Positions 20,896 to 33,030 of a stretch of DNA of 64,000 nt are shown here, in pieces (positions within the stretch are counted from its first letter, which is position 1; every line of letters starts with the position of its first letter). The stretch comes from Tardiphaga sp. Lineage in GTDB: Bacteria > Pseudomonadota > Alphaproteobacteria > Rhizobiales > Xanthobacteraceae. The position numbers were made by a program, and so were the translations under genes. The DNA lies in contig NZ_JBIISY010000003.1 in assembly GCF_044340795.1 (NCBI RefSeq), positions 1,471 to 65,470 of the forward strand, written 5' to 3'. The notes beneath the pieces are model-generated. The model saw nothing but the letters and a program-made list of their open reading frames with translations. It was not told the DNA's origin and ran no database searches.

Positions 20896-23061
20896 TTACT
20901 GCTTCGCCGCCACAAAGTAGAAATCCTGCCGCCCCGAGATCGAGCCGTAGCTGAACGGTTTCTGCTTGCGTTTCGTCAGATCCATCACATCGTCGCGCAC
21001 ATAGTCGAACAGCCGCCGCACCTCGAGACCGGGCGTCGGCAGGTTCTTCACCAGGGCCGTTGCGAACGGGCTGTTGGCGCCGGCGCCATCGAGCGCGACC
21101 TCGCCATCCTTGGCCGCATAGACCACCATGGTGCCGGCTTCCGGCTCGACAGCCGCCAGTCCCTGCGCTGTGGAGCGCGAGGCCACTTCGAGAGTCCGTT
21201 TCATCTTGTTGGCGAACGGATTGTTGCGGCAGGCATCGAGGATGACGAGACGGAGTTTCCTGGCGCGCTCGGCGGCGTTGAGGATCTGGCCGAGCGGCAC
21301 CGCCTCGAATTCGATGTCGCGATCGACCGCAATGCGCGCATCCACCGGGATCAGGTAATTGACGCCGCCGACCTCCATGCCGTGGCCGGCATAATAGACC
21401 ACCGCCCAATCGGCCGCTTCCGCCTGCGCCGCGAATTCGCGCAGCGCCGTCATCAGCGCATCCTTGCGCAGATCGGTGAGCACGGTGACGGTCGAGAAGC
21501 CGGTCTTCTTCAGCGTATCGGCCACCAGCGCGGCATCGCGCCGGGGATTGGTGAGCGCCGAGACAGTCGTATAGGCGGAGTTGCCGATCACCAGCGCGAT
21601 CCGTCGATCACCCGTCGTGATCGGCGCCGGGGTGAGCGCCGCCGCGGCCACGGGCGGCTTCGGCGGCGGAGGCGGGGCGGCGACAACCGCCGGCGCACTG
21701 ATCGAAGGGATCGCGATATCCGCGGGCTTCGGGGCGGGCGCCGGAGGCGGCATGGCAGGCTTCGCGGTGGAGGCGCTCACGCCTTGCAGAGCCGCGAGCC
21801 GTTCGCGCGCCTTCTCATAAGGCCATTTGCCGCTGCCGAGCTTTTCCGGCAGCGAAAGTGCCTTGTTGTAGTCCGCGCGTGCCGCCGCGATATCGCCAGC
21901 CTTCTCCCATGCGAGACCGCGATTGGTGAAAGCGAGAGGAAATTGCGGATCGCGCCGGATCGATTCATCGAATTCGCCGATGGCCCGTTCGATCAGATTG
22001 CGACCGAGAAAGATCGTGCCGCGATTGTTGTAGGCGACGACGTCATTGGCATCGAGACGCAGCGCCTCGTTATATTCGACAAGGGCGCGGCCGGGATCGC
22101 CTTTCTGGCTGTAGGCGAAACCGCGATTGCGAAAGGCGGGGCCGTTCTTCGGATCGATCCGGATGGCCTCGGAGAAATCCGCGATGGCCCGGTCATGCTC
22201 GCCTTTCTCGCGATAGGCATTACCGCGATCGATATAGGCGGTCGCCGAACGCGGATTGGCGCGGATTGCGTCGCTGAAATCGGCGATGGCGCGGTCGAAC
22301 TCGCCCTTGCTGCGATAGAGATCGCCGCGGTTTTGGAACGCTTGTCCGTAGTTTGAATCGATCCGAACCGCTTCGCTGAGATCCGCAAGCGCGCGATCGC
22401 TATCGCCTTTTGCACGATAGATCAGCGCGCGGTTGTTATAGGCGAATGCATAGCGCGGATCGACGCGGATGGCCTCGCTGTAATCGGCGATCGCCCGGTC
22501 GTCATCCTTCTTGGCACGCCAGGTAATGCCGCGATTGTTGAGCGCCATCGTATTGCGGGGATCGACGCGCAGCGCCTCGTTGTAGTCGGCGATCGCGCGA
22601 TCCAGCTCGTTCCTGCTGCGCAACACGATGCCGCGGCTGACATAGGCCTCAGCGGATTTCGGATCGATGCGGATGGCTTCGTTGAGATCGGCCAGCGCGA
22701 GATCGCTGTCGCCCTTGGCGCCATGGGCCTTGCCACGGCTGACATAGGCGTCGGCGTAACGCGGATTCATCTCCAGCGCGCGGGTGAAATCGGCGAGGGC
22801 AGACGCGATATCCGCGGGCTGCGCCGTGTTGGCCCAGCGATTCATCAGCTTGATGCCGCGGTTGCGATAGACGATGGCGCGGTTGACGCCGCTGTAGCGG
22901 CCGGAGGCGAGCTGCCGATCGCAGGCGCGGATCTCCTCGTCGAAATCCATGCCGGGCTTCACGCAGGTGCGCTTGTCGCTGTCGAAATCGGCGTAAGCGG
23001 GGGTGATGGTCGGTTCGATCACAACGAGCGAAGCCACCAGCAGCAGAATTGCCTTGAGCAT
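20896..23061 (-). CDS. Secreted TPR-repeat plus caspase-like (peptidase C14) protein
   Basis: Signal peptide, roughly ten TPRs, Pro/Ala linker, RIALVIGNS, YAGHG, LDACRNNP. Confidence 0.9.
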   Translation of the reverse strand: MLKAILLLVASLVVIEPTITPAYADFDSDKRTCVKPGMDFDEEIRACDRQLASGRYSGVNRAIVYRNRGIKLMNRWANTAQPADIASALADFTRALEMNPRYADAYVSRGKAHGAKGDSDLALADLNEAIRIDPKSAEAYVSRGIVLRSRNELDRAIADYNEALRVDPRNTMALNNRGITWRAKKDDDRAIADYSEAIRVDPRYAFAYNNRALIYRAKGDSDRALADLSEAVRIDSNYGQAFQNRGDLYRSKGEFDRAIADFSDAIRANPRSATAYIDRGNAYREKGEHDRAIADFSEAIRIDPKNGPAFRNRGFAYSQKGDPGRALVEYNEALRLDANDVVAYNNRGTIFLGRNLIERAIGEFDESIRRDPQFPLAFTNRGLAWEKAGDIAAARADYNKALSLPEKLGSGKWPYEKARERLAALQGVSASTAKPAMPPPAPAPKPADIAIPSISAPAVVAAPPPPPKPPVAAAALTPAPITTGDRRIALVIGNSAYTTVSALTNPRRDAALVADTLKKTGFSTVTVLTDLRKDALMTALREFAAQAEAADWAVVYYAGHGMEVGGVNYLIPVDARIAVDRDIEFEAVPLGQILNAAERARKLRLVILDACRNNPFANKMKRTLEVASRSTAQGLAAVEPEAGTMVVYAAKDGEVALDGAGANSPFATALVKNLPTPGLEVRRLFDYVRDDVMDLTKRKQKPFSYGSISGRQDFYFVAAKQ

Positions 23062-23149
23062 CAATGTCTCCCAATCCCTCACATTTGTGGTCGGCAATGT
23101 GATGAAAATGGGCCGAAATCAGGCGAGGGCGAGTTCCATTGCTCGTCTC

Positions 23150-23233
23150 CGTCATTGCGAGGAGCGCGGCGACGAAGCAATCCAGACTTTCTTTTCTTGG
23201 CTTCTGGATTGCTTCGCTGCGCTCGCAATGACG
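23150..23233. repeat. CGTC-type REP doublet
   Basis: CGTCATTGCGAGGAG...GAAGCAATCCAG ... CTGGATTGCTTCGC...CTCGCAATGACG. Confidence 0.85.
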
Positions 23234-23236
23234 AGA

Positions 23237-24007
23237 TTAGACGACCGTCTTTTCCGGCCACCGGCACAGATCGCTGATCAAACACACCTCACAGCGCGGC
23301 TTGCGCGCAAGGCAGGTGTAGCGGCCGTGCAGGATCAGCCAGTGATGCGCATGCAGCATGAACTCGTCCGGAATCACGCGCTCGAGTTCGAGCTCGACAT
23401 CGAGCACCGTCTTGCCCGGCGCGAGATTGGTGCGATTGCCGACACGGAACACGTGGGTGTCCACCGCCATCGTGTGTTCGCCAAAAGCCATATTCAGTAC
23501 GACATTGGCGGTCTTGCGCCCGGCACCCGGCAGCGATTCGAGCTCGGTGCGGGTGCGCGGCACCACCCCGCCGAAATCGCGGATTAGTTTTTCCGACAGC
23601 GCGATGACGTTCTTCGCCTTGGTGCGATAGAGGCCGATGGTCTTGATATATTCGCGGACCGTCTCCTCGCCGAGATCGAGCATCTTCTGCGGCGTATCGG
23701 CGATGGGGAACAGCGCCCGCGTCGCCTTGTTGACGCCGGCATCGGTGGCCTGCGCGGACAGCACCACAGCCACCAGCAGCGTATAGGGATTGAGATGTTC
23801 GAGCTCACCCTTGGGCTCGGGATTGGCCTTCTGGAAGCGCGAGAAGGCCTCATGCACCTCGGCCGCGGTCCAACGCTTCAGTTTTGTGGTCTTCGGTTTG
23901 ACCGCCTTCTTGACCACTTTGGCCTTGGCCGGCGCCTTTTTCGCCACGGCGGCTTTTGCAACGGAGGTCTTCGCGCGGGCAGTTGGCTGGCGGGTGATTT
24001 TCGGCAT
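23237..24007 (-). CDS. nth: Endonuclease III with Lys/Ala-rich N-terminal extension
   Basis: VLSAQATD, LPGAGRKTANVV HhH, VDTHVFRV, CLARKPRCEVCLISDLC 4Fe-4S motif. Confidence 0.95.
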   Translation of the reverse strand: MPKITRQPTARAKTSVAKAAVAKKAPAKAKVVKKAVKPKTTKLKRWTAAEVHEAFSRFQKANPEPKGELEHLNPYTLLVAVVLSAQATDAGVNKATRALFPIADTPQKMLDLGEETVREYIKTIGLYRTKAKNVIALSEKLIRDFGGVVPRTRTELESLPGAGRKTANVVLNMAFGEHTMAVDTHVFRVGNRTNLAPGKTVLDVELELERVIPDEFMLHAHHWLILHGRYTCLARKPRCEVCLISDLCRWPEKTVV

Positions 24008-24029
24008 CAGGGGGATATAGTGGGCAGCG

Positions 24030-24548
24030 ATGACACAGGGCAACGACTTTGAAGATGCTGGCGAGCCCAAGCTGTTCACCGCGTTGCTGCGTCCGCATCG
24101 CGCGCTGAGCCGCAAGGGCTTTCTCGTGCTGATGGCCTGCTTCAGCGTCATCTCGTTCGGCGCCGGCATGGTGTTTCTCTGGATGGGCGCCTGGCCGGTG
24201 TTCGGCTTTTTCGGCCTCGACGTGCTGGCCATTTACGCCGCATTCAAGATCTACGACCGCCACGCCAAGGCCACGGAGGAGATCACCGTCACGGCTTCGG
24301 AAATCCGTGTCCGGCGCGTCAGCCCGCGCGGCGACGTGGTCGAATGGGCGTTCAATCCGCTCTGGGTGCAAGTGGATCGGGTCGAGCATGCCGAATTCGG
24401 CATCGAGCAGCTATTCCTGGTCTCGCGCGGCCGCCGGGTGTCGATTGCCCGGTTCCTCGGCGCGGAGGAAAAAGCGAGCTTCCTCAGTGCCTTGCTCGAA
24501 GCGCTGCAGGATGCCAGGCGCGGCCCGACCTATAATCCGGTGACATGA
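24030..24548 (+). CDS. DUF2244-like membrane protein
   Basis: LRPHRALS, GAWPVFGFFGLDV, FNPLWV, FLGAEEK. Confidence 0.8.
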   Translation: MTQGNDFEDAGEPKLFTALLRPHRALSRKGFLVLMACFSVISFGAGMVFLWMGAWPVFGFFGLDVLAIYAAFKIYDRHAKATEEITVTASEIRVRRVSPRGDVVEWAFNPLWVQVDRVEHAEFGIEQLFLVSRGRRVSIARFLGAEEKASFLSALLEALQDARRGPTYNPVT

Positions 24549-24602
24549 TGGCTGATCTGGAATCGGGTGGTTTACCGGGGCTGCCGGGCCTAGATCGGCA
24601 GC

Positions 24603-25514
24603 ATGATGAATCTTGCACGAGACATTGCGATGAATGACCATCGCCCCATCAAGCCGGGCCTGCGAGATGCGGCCCTGCGCGATTACGACAGTGTCCGCCG
24701 CGCTATCGGCTTCATGCATGGCCAGTGGAAGGACCAGCCGAGCATCGAGGATGTCGCCGATGCGGCCAGCGTGACGCCCGACGAGCTGCATCACCTGTTC
24801 CGCCGCTGGGCCGGCCTCACGCCAAAGGCCTTCATGCAGGCGCTGACGCTGGACCACGCCAAAATGCTGCTGCGCGATTCCGCCAGCGTGCTGGATGCCG
24901 CACTCGACTCAGGACTTTCAGGTCCGGGCCGGCTGCACGACCTGTTCGTCACGCACGAAGCGATGTCGCCGGGCGAATGGAAGACCGGCGGCGCCGGCAT
25001 GGAGCTGCGCTACGGTTTTCATCCTTCGCCTTTCGGCACCGCCATCGTGATCGCCAGCGATCGCGGGCTGGCGGGGCTGGCTTTTTCCGATCCAGGTGAG
25101 GAGCAAACCGGCTTTGCCGACATGGCCCGCCGTTGGCCGGCGGCCACGCTGATCGAGGACATGGAAGCGACGGCGCCGCTCGCACGGCGCATCTTCGATA
25201 CGAAACTCTGGCGACCGGACCAGCCGCTGCGCGTGGTGCTGATCGGCACGGATTTCGAAGTGCGTGTCTGGGAAACGCTGCTCAAGATTCCGATGGGCCG
25301 CGCCGTCAGCTATTCGGACATCGCCTGCAAGATCGAGAAGCCGAAAGCCTCGCGTGCCGTCGGCGGCGCGATCGGGCGCAATCCGATCTCCTTCGTGGTG
25401 CCGTGCCACCGCGCCATGGGCAAATCCGGCGCGATCACGGGCTATCACTGGGGCATCACGCGGAAACAGGCGATGATCGGCTGGGAAGCCGGGCAGGTGG
25501 GCTCAGCTAGCTAA
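24603..25514 (+). CDS. ogt: Ada-like AraC-HTH plus methylated-DNA-protein cysteine methyltransferase
   Basis: RLFRRWAGLTPK HTH; RAVGGAIGRNPISFVVPCHR active site. Confidence 0.9.
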   Translation: MMNLARDIAMNDHRPIKPGLRDAALRDYDSVRRAIGFMHGQWKDQPSIEDVADAASVTPDELHHLFRRWAGLTPKAFMQALTLDHAKMLLRDSASVLDAALDSGLSGPGRLHDLFVTHEAMSPGEWKTGGAGMELRYGFHPSPFGTAIVIASDRGLAGLAFSDPGEEQTGFADMARRWPAATLIEDMEATAPLARRIFDTKLWRPDQPLRVVLIGTDFEVRVWETLLKIPMGRAVSYSDIACKIEKPKASRAVGGAIGRNPISFVVPCHRAMGKSGAITGYHWGITRKQAMIGWEAGQVGSAS

Positions 25515-25521
25515 ACTCTCA

Positions 25522-25609
25522 CTGTCGTCACCCGACTTGATCGGGTGACCTAGTAGACACTGTAAGGACTGTGTTTACTGGATCGCCCGGTCGAGCCGGG
25601 CGATGACAG
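25522..25609. repeat. CGTC/TGTC-type REP doublet
   Basis: CTGTCGTCACCCGACTTGATCGGGTGAC ... GATCGCCCGGTCGAGCCGGGCGATGACAG between convergent genes. Confidence 0.75.
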
Positions 25610-25617
25610 ATTGAGTA

Positions 25618-26214
25618 TTATTCCGAAACCGGCGCGACCTTCGCGCCACCTTTCGACACGCCGACCAGCGCCGGACGCAGCACGCGTTCGCCGATGGTGT
25701 AGCCGGCCTGCACAACCTGAACCACGGTGCCCGACGACACCGACGCATCCGGCACTTCGTACATGGCCTGATGGAAGTTCGGATCGAACTTCTCGCCGGT
25801 CGGATCGACCTTCTTCACGCCATGCTTCTCCAGCGCGTTGAGCAGCGAGCGCTCGGTGAGCTCGACGCCCTCGATCAGCGCCTTGAGGCCGGGATCGGCC
25901 GATGCCTTCGCATCCGCCGGAACGGCATCGAGCGCACGCTGCAGATTGTCGGCGATATCGACGATATCACCGGCAAACTTCGACACGCCATAGACCCGCG
26001 CATCGGCGACTTCCTTCTGGGTGCGCTTGCGGAGATTTTCCATCTCGGCCAGCGTGCGCAGCATGCGATCCCGCGAGTCCGCAACTTCCTTCTGCAGCGC
26101 CTCGACGGAATTCGGTTCCGGATCATCGGGCATGACATAAGGCTTCGAGACCACCGGCTCGGCGGCCTCTGCCGTCTTGTCGTGGTTATCGTTCTGCCCG
26201 TTGGACTCAGTCAT
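25618..26214 (-). CDS. grpE: Nucleotide exchange factor GrpE
   Basis: [32 protein letters not shown]. Confidence 0.97.
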   Translation of the reverse strand: MTESNGQNDNHDKTAEAAEPVVSKPYVMPDDPEPNSVEALQKEVADSRDRMLRTLAEMENLRKRTQKEVADARVYGVSKFAGDIVDIADNLQRALDAVPADAKASADPGLKALIEGVELTERSLLNALEKHGVKKVDPTGEKFDPNFHQAMYEVPDASVSSGTVVQVVQAGYTIGERVLRPALVGVSKGGAKVAPVSE

Positions 26215-26263
26215 GACACTGCCTTCTCGAAACACGCTAAATTGGTGGGATTGCTGACCCCGC

Positions 26264-26292
26264 ATATGTTGGTTTGCAGCCGAAAAATCAAG
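26264..26292 (-). promoter_or_regulatory. Putative sigma32 (RpoH) promoter of grpE
   Basis: Minus strand CTTGAT-ttttcggctgcaaac-CAACATAT resembles the alphaproteobacterial RpoH consensus. Confidence 0.5.
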
Positions 26293-26368
26293 CCAATCCA
26301 AGCCTTTTCGGTTGTCTGCGCATGACCTTGCCCGAGAACCGGTCCCCTCTTTTCGAGGTCATGCGCGT

Positions 26369-27457
26369 TCAGCCGCCCAGCATGCGGCTGACGATACGGG
26401 CTGCGTAATCCACCATGGGGATCACGCGGGCATAATTCAGCCGGGTCGGCCCGATCACGCCGAGAACACCGACGATATGGCCGGCGCCGTCGCTATAGGG
26501 CGCGATGATGGTGGAGGAACCGGACAGCGAGAACAGCTTGTTCTCCGAGCCGATGAAGATCCGCACGCCCTCCGCGCTTTCGGCGCGGCCGAGCAGATCG
26601 ACCACCTCGCGCTTGCTCTCCAGATCCTCGAACAGCAGGCGGACGCGTTCGAGGTCCTCGAGCGCATGCAGGTCTTCCAGCAGGTTGGCCTGTCCGCGCA
26701 CGATGAGCTGGCGATCATCGCCATTACCGCCGGACCAGCTCGCGAGACCAGCCGCGATCACCTTCTGCGTGAGCTGATCAAGCTCGGCCTGATTCTGCTT
26801 CAGCGTGGTTTCGAGTTCGAGCCGCGCCTCGGCCAAGGTACGGCCACGGATGCGCGCATTGAGGAAATTCGAGGCCTCGGTGAGCGCAGACGAGGGCACG
26901 CCCGGCTGCAGCGTCAGCACGCGGTTCTCGACCTGGCCGTCTTCGGCAACCAGCACTACCAGTGCCTTTTCGGGCTCCAGGCGGACGAATTCGATATGTT
27001 TCAGCCGCGCATTCGATTTGGCGGTCAGCACCACCGCAGCGGCGCGGCTCAGGCCGGAGAGATGCGTCAACGCCTCGCCGATGGCGGCCTCGACCGATTG
27101 CGAACGGCCGACGGATGAGAGCTGCTGCTGGATTGACTGCCGCTCCGGCTCGGTGAGATCGCCGACCTGCATCAGGGCATCGACGAAGAAGCGCAAGCCG
27201 AGTTCGGTCGGCAAACGTCCGGCCGAGGTGTGCGGGGCATAGATCAGGCCGAGCTGCTCCAGATCCGACATCACATTGCGGACCGAGGCCGGGGACAGCG
27301 GCACGGTGATCAGGCGGGAAATGTTGCGCGAGCCCACCGGCTCGCCGGTGGCCAGATAGGATTCGACGATCTGCCGGAAAATCTCGCGCGACCGCTCATT
27401 GAGCTGGGCAAGCCCGGCTCGCGGCGAAATCAGGCCAATCGGATCGTGATGCGCCAC
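26369..27457 (-). CDS. hrcA: Heat-inducible transcriptional repressor
   Basis: [40 protein letters not shown]; GTG start with AAGGAG. Confidence 0.96.
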   Translation of the reverse strand: MAHHDPIGLISPRAGLAQLNERSREIFRQIVESYLATGEPVGSRNISRLITVPLSPASVRNVMSDLEQLGLIYAPHTSAGRLPTELGLRFFVDALMQVGDLTEPERQSIQQQLSSVGRSQSVEAAIGEALTHLSGLSRAAAVVLTAKSNARLKHIEFVRLEPEKALVVLVAEDGQVENRVLTLQPGVPSSALTEASNFLNARIRGRTLAEARLELETTLKQNQAELDQLTQKVIAAGLASWSGGNGDDRQLIVRGQANLLEDLHALEDLERVRLLFEDLESKREVVDLLGRAESAEGVRIFIGSENKLFSLSGSSTIIAPYSDGAGHIVGVLGVIGPTRLNYARVIPMVDYAARIVSRMLGG

Positions 27458-27612
27458 TCGGACACTCCTTGTCGGGCCTAATCTGTCGTCGCGGGCCGCC
27501 GGATACAAGCACCTTCGCAACGGTGGAACCGGGCCGCCCTTGCCGCTGCCGCCGCGCGCCCCTAAAAGGCGCGCAAACACACTCTATCGGACCATTTGGA
27601 AGGATTTTTCTC

Positions 27613-28338
27613 ATGCGGCCAAGCCGTCGTGCGCCCGATGAATTGCGCGCTGTCTCGCTGGAACGCGGCGTCGTCAAATACGCCGAAGGCTCCTGCATGG
27701 TGAAGTTCGGCGACACCCATGTGCTGGTCACCGCGACGCTGGAAGAGCGCCTGCCGCCATGGCTGAAGGGCCAGGGCCGTGGCTGGGTCACCGCCGAATA
27801 TGGCATGCTGCCGCGCGCCACGCTGGAACGCACCCGCCGCGAGGCCGCCGCCGGCAAGCAGGGCGGCCGCACGGTCGAGATCCAGCGCCTGATCGGCCGC
27901 TCGCTGCGCGCCGCGGTGGACCTCGAAGCCCTTGGCGAGCGCCAGATCACCATCGATTGCGACGTGATCCAGGCCGATGGCGGCACCCGCACCGCCTCGA
28001 TCACCGGTGCCTGGGTGGCGCTGGCCGACTGCATCGCCTGGATGAAGAGCCGCAACATGTTCAAGAAGGACGTGGCGGACAAGGTGCTGCGCACCAATAT
28101 CGCTGCGATTTCCTGCGGTATCTATCAGGGCACCCCGGTGCTCGATCTCGATTATGCCGAGGATTCCGAGGCGGATACCGACGCCAATTTCGTCATGACC
28201 GGCGACGGCCGCATCATCGAGATCCAGGGAACCGCGGAAAAGGAGCCGTTCACCCAGGACGAGCTGATGAAGCTGATGGCGCTGGCACAGCAGGGCGTCG
28301 GCAAGCTGGTCGAATTGCAGAAGATGGCGGTGGCGTAA
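27613..28338 (+). CDS. rph: Ribonuclease PH
   Basis: [47 protein letters not shown]. Confidence 0.97.
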   Translation: MRPSRRAPDELRAVSLERGVVKYAEGSCMVKFGDTHVLVTATLEERLPPWLKGQGRGWVTAEYGMLPRATLERTRREAAAGKQGGRTVEIQRLIGRSLRAAVDLEALGERQITIDCDVIQADGGTRTASITGAWVALADCIAWMKSRNMFKKDVADKVLRTNIAAISCGIYQGTPVLDLDYAEDSEADTDANFVMTGDGRIIEIQGTAEKEPFTQDELMKLMALAQQGVGKLVELQKMAVA

Positions 28339-28348
28339 GCCACACACG

Positions 28349-28446
28349 CGTCGTTCCGGGGCGCGCAAGGCGCGAACCCGGAATCTCCTGATGAGACTCA
28401 CTACTTCAAGATTCCGGGTTCGCGCGATGCGCGCCCCGGAATGACG
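28349..28446. repeat. CGTC-type REP doublet, same family as 18269
   Basis: CGTCGTTCCGGGGCGCGC...CCCGGAATC ... GATTCCGGGTTCGCG...CCCCGGAATGACG. Confidence 0.8.
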
Positions 28447-28467
28447 GTTTCTGGGCTATAAGACTCC

Positions 28468-29109
28468 ATGACTCAACATCGTCGAATCACCGGCAAGCTC
28501 GTGATCGCTACCCACAATCCCGGCAAGCTCGCCGAGATGCGCGACCTGCTGGCGCCCTATGGCATCGAGGCGGTGTCGGCCGGCGAACTCGGTCTCGCAG
28601 AGCCCGACGAGACCGGCGACACCTTCAAGGCCAATGCCGCGATCAAGGCGATCGCTGCGGCCAATGTCGCGCAGCTCCCTGCTTTTGCTGATGACTCCGG
28701 CCTAGTCGTCGATGCGCTCGACGGTGCACCCGGTATCTATTCGGCGCGCTGGGCCGGCGAATCCAAGGACTTCAATGCGGCTATGACGCGCATCGAGCGC
28801 CTGCTTCAGGAGCGCGGTGCGACCACACCGCACAAGCGCACCGCGCATTTCGTGTCGGCACTTTGCGTGGCATGGCCTGATGGCCATCTCGAGGAAGTCG
28901 AAGCGCATGCCCATGGCACGCTGGTCTGGCCGCCGCGCGGCACCGCCGGCTTTGGCTATGATCCGACATTTCTCCCCGATGGCCATGAGCGCACCTATGG
29001 CGAGATGACTGCTGTCGAAAAACACGGCCTGCCGCCGCTCGGCCAGGGCCTGTCGCATCGTGCAAAAGCCTTTGTGAAGCTCGCGGAGATCTGCCTTGAG
29101 CAACGCTAA
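28468..29109 (+). CDS. rdgB: dITP/XTP pyrophosphatase
   Basis: ATHNPGKL, ADDSGL, PGIYSARW, GFGYDP, SHRA. Confidence 0.96.
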   Translation: MTQHRRITGKLVIATHNPGKLAEMRDLLAPYGIEAVSAGELGLAEPDETGDTFKANAAIKAIAAANVAQLPAFADDSGLVVDALDGAPGIYSARWAGESKDFNAAMTRIERLLQERGATTPHKRTAHFVSALCVAWPDGHLEEVEAHAHGTLVWPPRGTAGFGYDPTFLPDGHERTYGEMTAVEKHGLPPLGQGLSHRAKAFVKLAEICLEQR

Positions 29110-30256
29110 CGCACAGCAGGACGCTTTCGGCGTTTATGTGCATTGGCCGTTCTGCCTGTCGAAGTGCCCGTATTGCGACTTCAACAGCCATGTGCGGCAT
29201 CAGCAGATCGATGAAGAACGTTTTGCCCGCGCCTTTGCGCGCGAGATCGAAACCACCGCAGCGCGGATTCCCGGCCGCACGGTAACGTCGATCTTTCTCG
29301 GCGGCGGCACGCCGTCGCTGATGCAGCCGCAGACCGTCGGCTCGATCCTCGATTCGATCGCAAAATACTGGAACGTCGATTCCGCCGTCGAAGTTTCGAT
29401 GGAAGCCAATCCGACATCGGTGGATGCAACACGGTTCCATGGTTATCGCGCTGCCGGCGTCAATCGCGTCTCGCTCGGTGTCCAGGCGCTCGACGACGCC
29501 TCGCTGAAATCGCTGGGCCGTTTGCATTCAGCGCGTGAAGCGCTCGATGCCGTCGCCATCGCGCGCAGCGCATTCGATCGCTACTCCTTCGATCTCATCT
29601 ATGCACGGCCGGACCAGACGCCGGAGATGTGGACCAGCGAGTTGAAGCTTGCGATCTCCGAAGCCGCCGAACATCTGTCGCTGTATCAGCTGACAATCGA
29701 GGAAGGCACGCCGTTCTTCGGCCTGCATGCCGCGGGCAAACTGAAGACGCCGGAAGAAGGCCTCTCGCGCGTGCTCTACGATGTGACGCAGGAGGTCTGT
29801 GCGCAACAAGGTCTGCCGACCTACGAGATCTCCAATCACGCGCGGCCCGGCGCCGAGTGCAAACACAATCTCGTTTATTGGCGCGGTCAGGAATATGCCG
29901 GCATCGGGCCGGGCGCGCATGGCCGCATCGATATCGATGGCATCCGTCATGCGACCTCAACCGAGAAGCGTCCGGAGACCTGGCTGATGCGTGTCGAGGC
30001 CACCGGTCACGGCGTCACGCTGGATGAAAGCCTCAACAGCGAAGAACGCGCCGATGAATATCTCTTGATGGGACTGCGGTTGGTCGAAGGCATCGATCCC
30101 GCGCGCTATGAGGCACTGTCTGGCCGGCCGTTCGATCCGGTGCGCGTGCAGAATCTCTGTGAAGAAGGCGCGATTGTCATCGAGAACGGCCGCCTGCGCG
30201 TCACGCAGGAAGGGTTCCCGGTGCTGGATGCTGTCGTCGCTGACCTGGCCGCCTGA
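29096..30256 (+). CDS. hemW: Radical SAM heme chaperone
   Basis: YVHWPFCLSKCPYCDF, GGGTPS, YEISN, HNLVYW; follows rdgB. Confidence 0.94.
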   Translation: MSNANAQQDAFGVYVHWPFCLSKCPYCDFNSHVRHQQIDEERFARAFAREIETTAARIPGRTVTSIFLGGGTPSLMQPQTVGSILDSIAKYWNVDSAVEVSMEANPTSVDATRFHGYRAAGVNRVSLGVQALDDASLKSLGRLHSAREALDAVAIARSAFDRYSFDLIYARPDQTPEMWTSELKLAISEAAEHLSLYQLTIEEGTPFFGLHAAGKLKTPEEGLSRVLYDVTQEVCAQQGLPTYEISNHARPGAECKHNLVYWRGQEYAGIGPGAHGRIDIDGIRHATSTEKRPETWLMRVEATGHGVTLDESLNSEERADEYLLMGLRLVEGIDPARYEALSGRPFDPVRVQNLCEEGAIVIENGRLRVTQEGFPVLDAVVADLAA

Positions 30257-30258
30257 CG

Positions 30259-31476
30259 CTAAGTCCCAAAACTCTTCGGCGAGCCTGCCACCGGCTGGCC
30301 GCCACCCGACGCCACCTTCATCACGGCGAGTCCGCGGTCATTGCCGCCGTCCTGACGGAAGCGGAACAGGCCGTCGATGCCGGCGAAGCCGGACTGATTG
30401 GTGAGCACTTCCGGCGTGAAACGCTGACCGCCTTGCGTGCGCGCGAGCGCAGCGACGAGGGCGACAGCATCATAGGCGAGCGTCGCCGTGCGCACGGGAT
30501 CATTGCCGAACTTGGTGCGATAGCGGCCGGAAAAGGCGCGGAAACCCGCGGGATCGGGAGCGGCATAGAGGCCGCCCTGCATCGACGCACTGCCGAAGAC
30601 GCGTGGATTGTCCCACAAACCGGTGCCGAGCAGCTGAACATTGCGGAGATTGGCGCCCGCCGTGGTCAGGGCATCGGCCGTCGCCACCACCGCTTCGCCA
30701 TCATCGGCAAGCAGCAAGGCATCAGCACCCGTGAGCTGGGCCGCAATGTTCTTCGCGGCGGTCGACCGATCGGCGCCATAGCGTTCGAAGGCAACCACCC
30801 GGCCACCCTTGCGCGCCACCGCCTGCTTGAAGGCGACCTCGACCACATTGCCATAGGCATTTTGCGGCAGCAGTGCCGCGAAGGAGCGCTTGCCGGTGCC
30901 ATAGGCGTAATCGATGATGCGATTGACGTCGGACTCAGGCAGGAAGCTGAGCAGATAGACACCGCGACCCGCCACGCTCGAATCCGTCGAGAAGGCGATC
31001 ACCGGAATGTTGCGCGCCCGCGTGAGCTGCGCCACCGCAGGCACCGACACGGCGAACAGGGGCCCGATGATGATCTCGGCGCCTTCGTTCAACGCCTGTT
31101 GCGCCGCCTGCTGCGCGCCGGCAGCGCTGCCGGCATCATCCTTCACCAGCAGCTGGATGTTCGGGTTCTGGAATTCGGAATAGGCCATCTCGGCCGCATT
31201 CTTCATCGACTGCGCGGCGAGGCCGGCATTGCCCGACGCCGATTGCGGCAGGATGAGACCGACCTTCACGGCACCGGAGCCGATCGCCTGCGGCGACTGC
31301 GCCGGACCGGCCGGGCCCGGCGGCTGTTCGTTGGCGGGGCCGGTGCTGTAATTATTGGTCAGGGTCTGCTGGATGCCAGAACAGGCCGACAGCAGGGGCG
31401 CTCCGAGCAGGAGGCCCAACGCCGTTCGCCGGGTGGCGCCCGGAGATGTCATTTTCGGATCGAACGGATCGGCCAT
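30259..31476 (-). CDS. Penicillin-binding protein activator (LppC/LpoA-like) lipoprotein
   Basis: RRTAL...LLSAC lipobox; VGLILPQS; LAYDA; FAGIDGLFRF; divergent from rsmI. Confidence 0.85.
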   Translation of the reverse strand: MADPFDPKMTSPGATRRTALGLLLGAPLLSACSGIQQTLTNNYSTGPANEQPPGPAGPAQSPQAIGSGAVKVGLILPQSASGNAGLAAQSMKNAAEMAYSEFQNPNIQLLVKDDAGSAAGAQQAAQQALNEGAEIIIGPLFAVSVPAVAQLTRARNIPVIAFSTDSSVAGRGVYLLSFLPESDVNRIIDYAYGTGKRSFAALLPQNAYGNVVEVAFKQAVARKGGRVVAFERYGADRSTAAKNIAAQLTGADALLLADDGEAVVATADALTTAGANLRNVQLLGTGLWDNPRVFGSASMQGGLYAAPDPAGFRAFSGRYRTKFGNDPVRTATLAYDAVALVAALARTQGGQRFTPEVLTNQSGFAGIDGLFRFRQDGGNDRGLAVMKVASGGGQPVAGSPKSFGT

Positions 31477-31678
31477 TGCTTCTCTTCTTCTCGGCCGGCA
31501 AGCCGGCGCCCTCCCAGTGTATAGCGGGAGGATGGATTCAGACATACTGTTCGGGATTAGTTAACCGAAACAAAAGGTTTATATTTGGCGGCGCCGCCAG
31601 CCGCGCTCTCCGGTAACGGGGAACGACGGCCGAAAAACGACTGTCCCTCTTTGGCGTGATTCCCTCTAGATTGCCCCC

Positions 31679-32597
<919 letters not shown>

Positions 32598-32605
<8 letters not shown>

Positions 32606-33008
32606 GCCCAGGGAGGTTTCGGCGCCCGGCCGCAGCAAGGCACCATCGCCGCAGCGCGTCGCCGCCTTTGCCACCGGCCTGTCCGCGGAAAGCCGCGCCA
32701 GTGCCATGCTGCTCGCAAAAGGCTATCGCATCCTCGCCCGCCGCTTCCGCACGCCCCATGGCGAGATCGACATTGTGGCGCGCAAGCGCAACCTGATCGC
32801 CTTTGTCGAGGTGAAGGCGCGCGAGACGCTCGACGATGCCGCCTATGCCGTCACCCCGCAGCAGCAGGTGCGCATCAGCAATGCCGCGCAGGGCTGGCTG
32901 ATGGCACATCCCGAACATGCGGATTTCGACATGCGCTTCGACGTCATTCTCATTGCGCCGAAACATCTGCCACGCCATCTGTTAGCAGCATTCGACGCCG
33001 CCTCCTGA
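32598..33008 (+). CDS. yraN: YraN family putative endonuclease
   Basis: [19 protein letters not shown]. Confidence 0.92.
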
Positions 33009-33030
33009 CGCTTCACTTCGGAATGATCTC

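Noticed and set aside
26215-27612. CIRCE operator near hrcA/grpE
   Set aside because: No TTAGCACTC-N9-GAGTGCTAA match found by eye.
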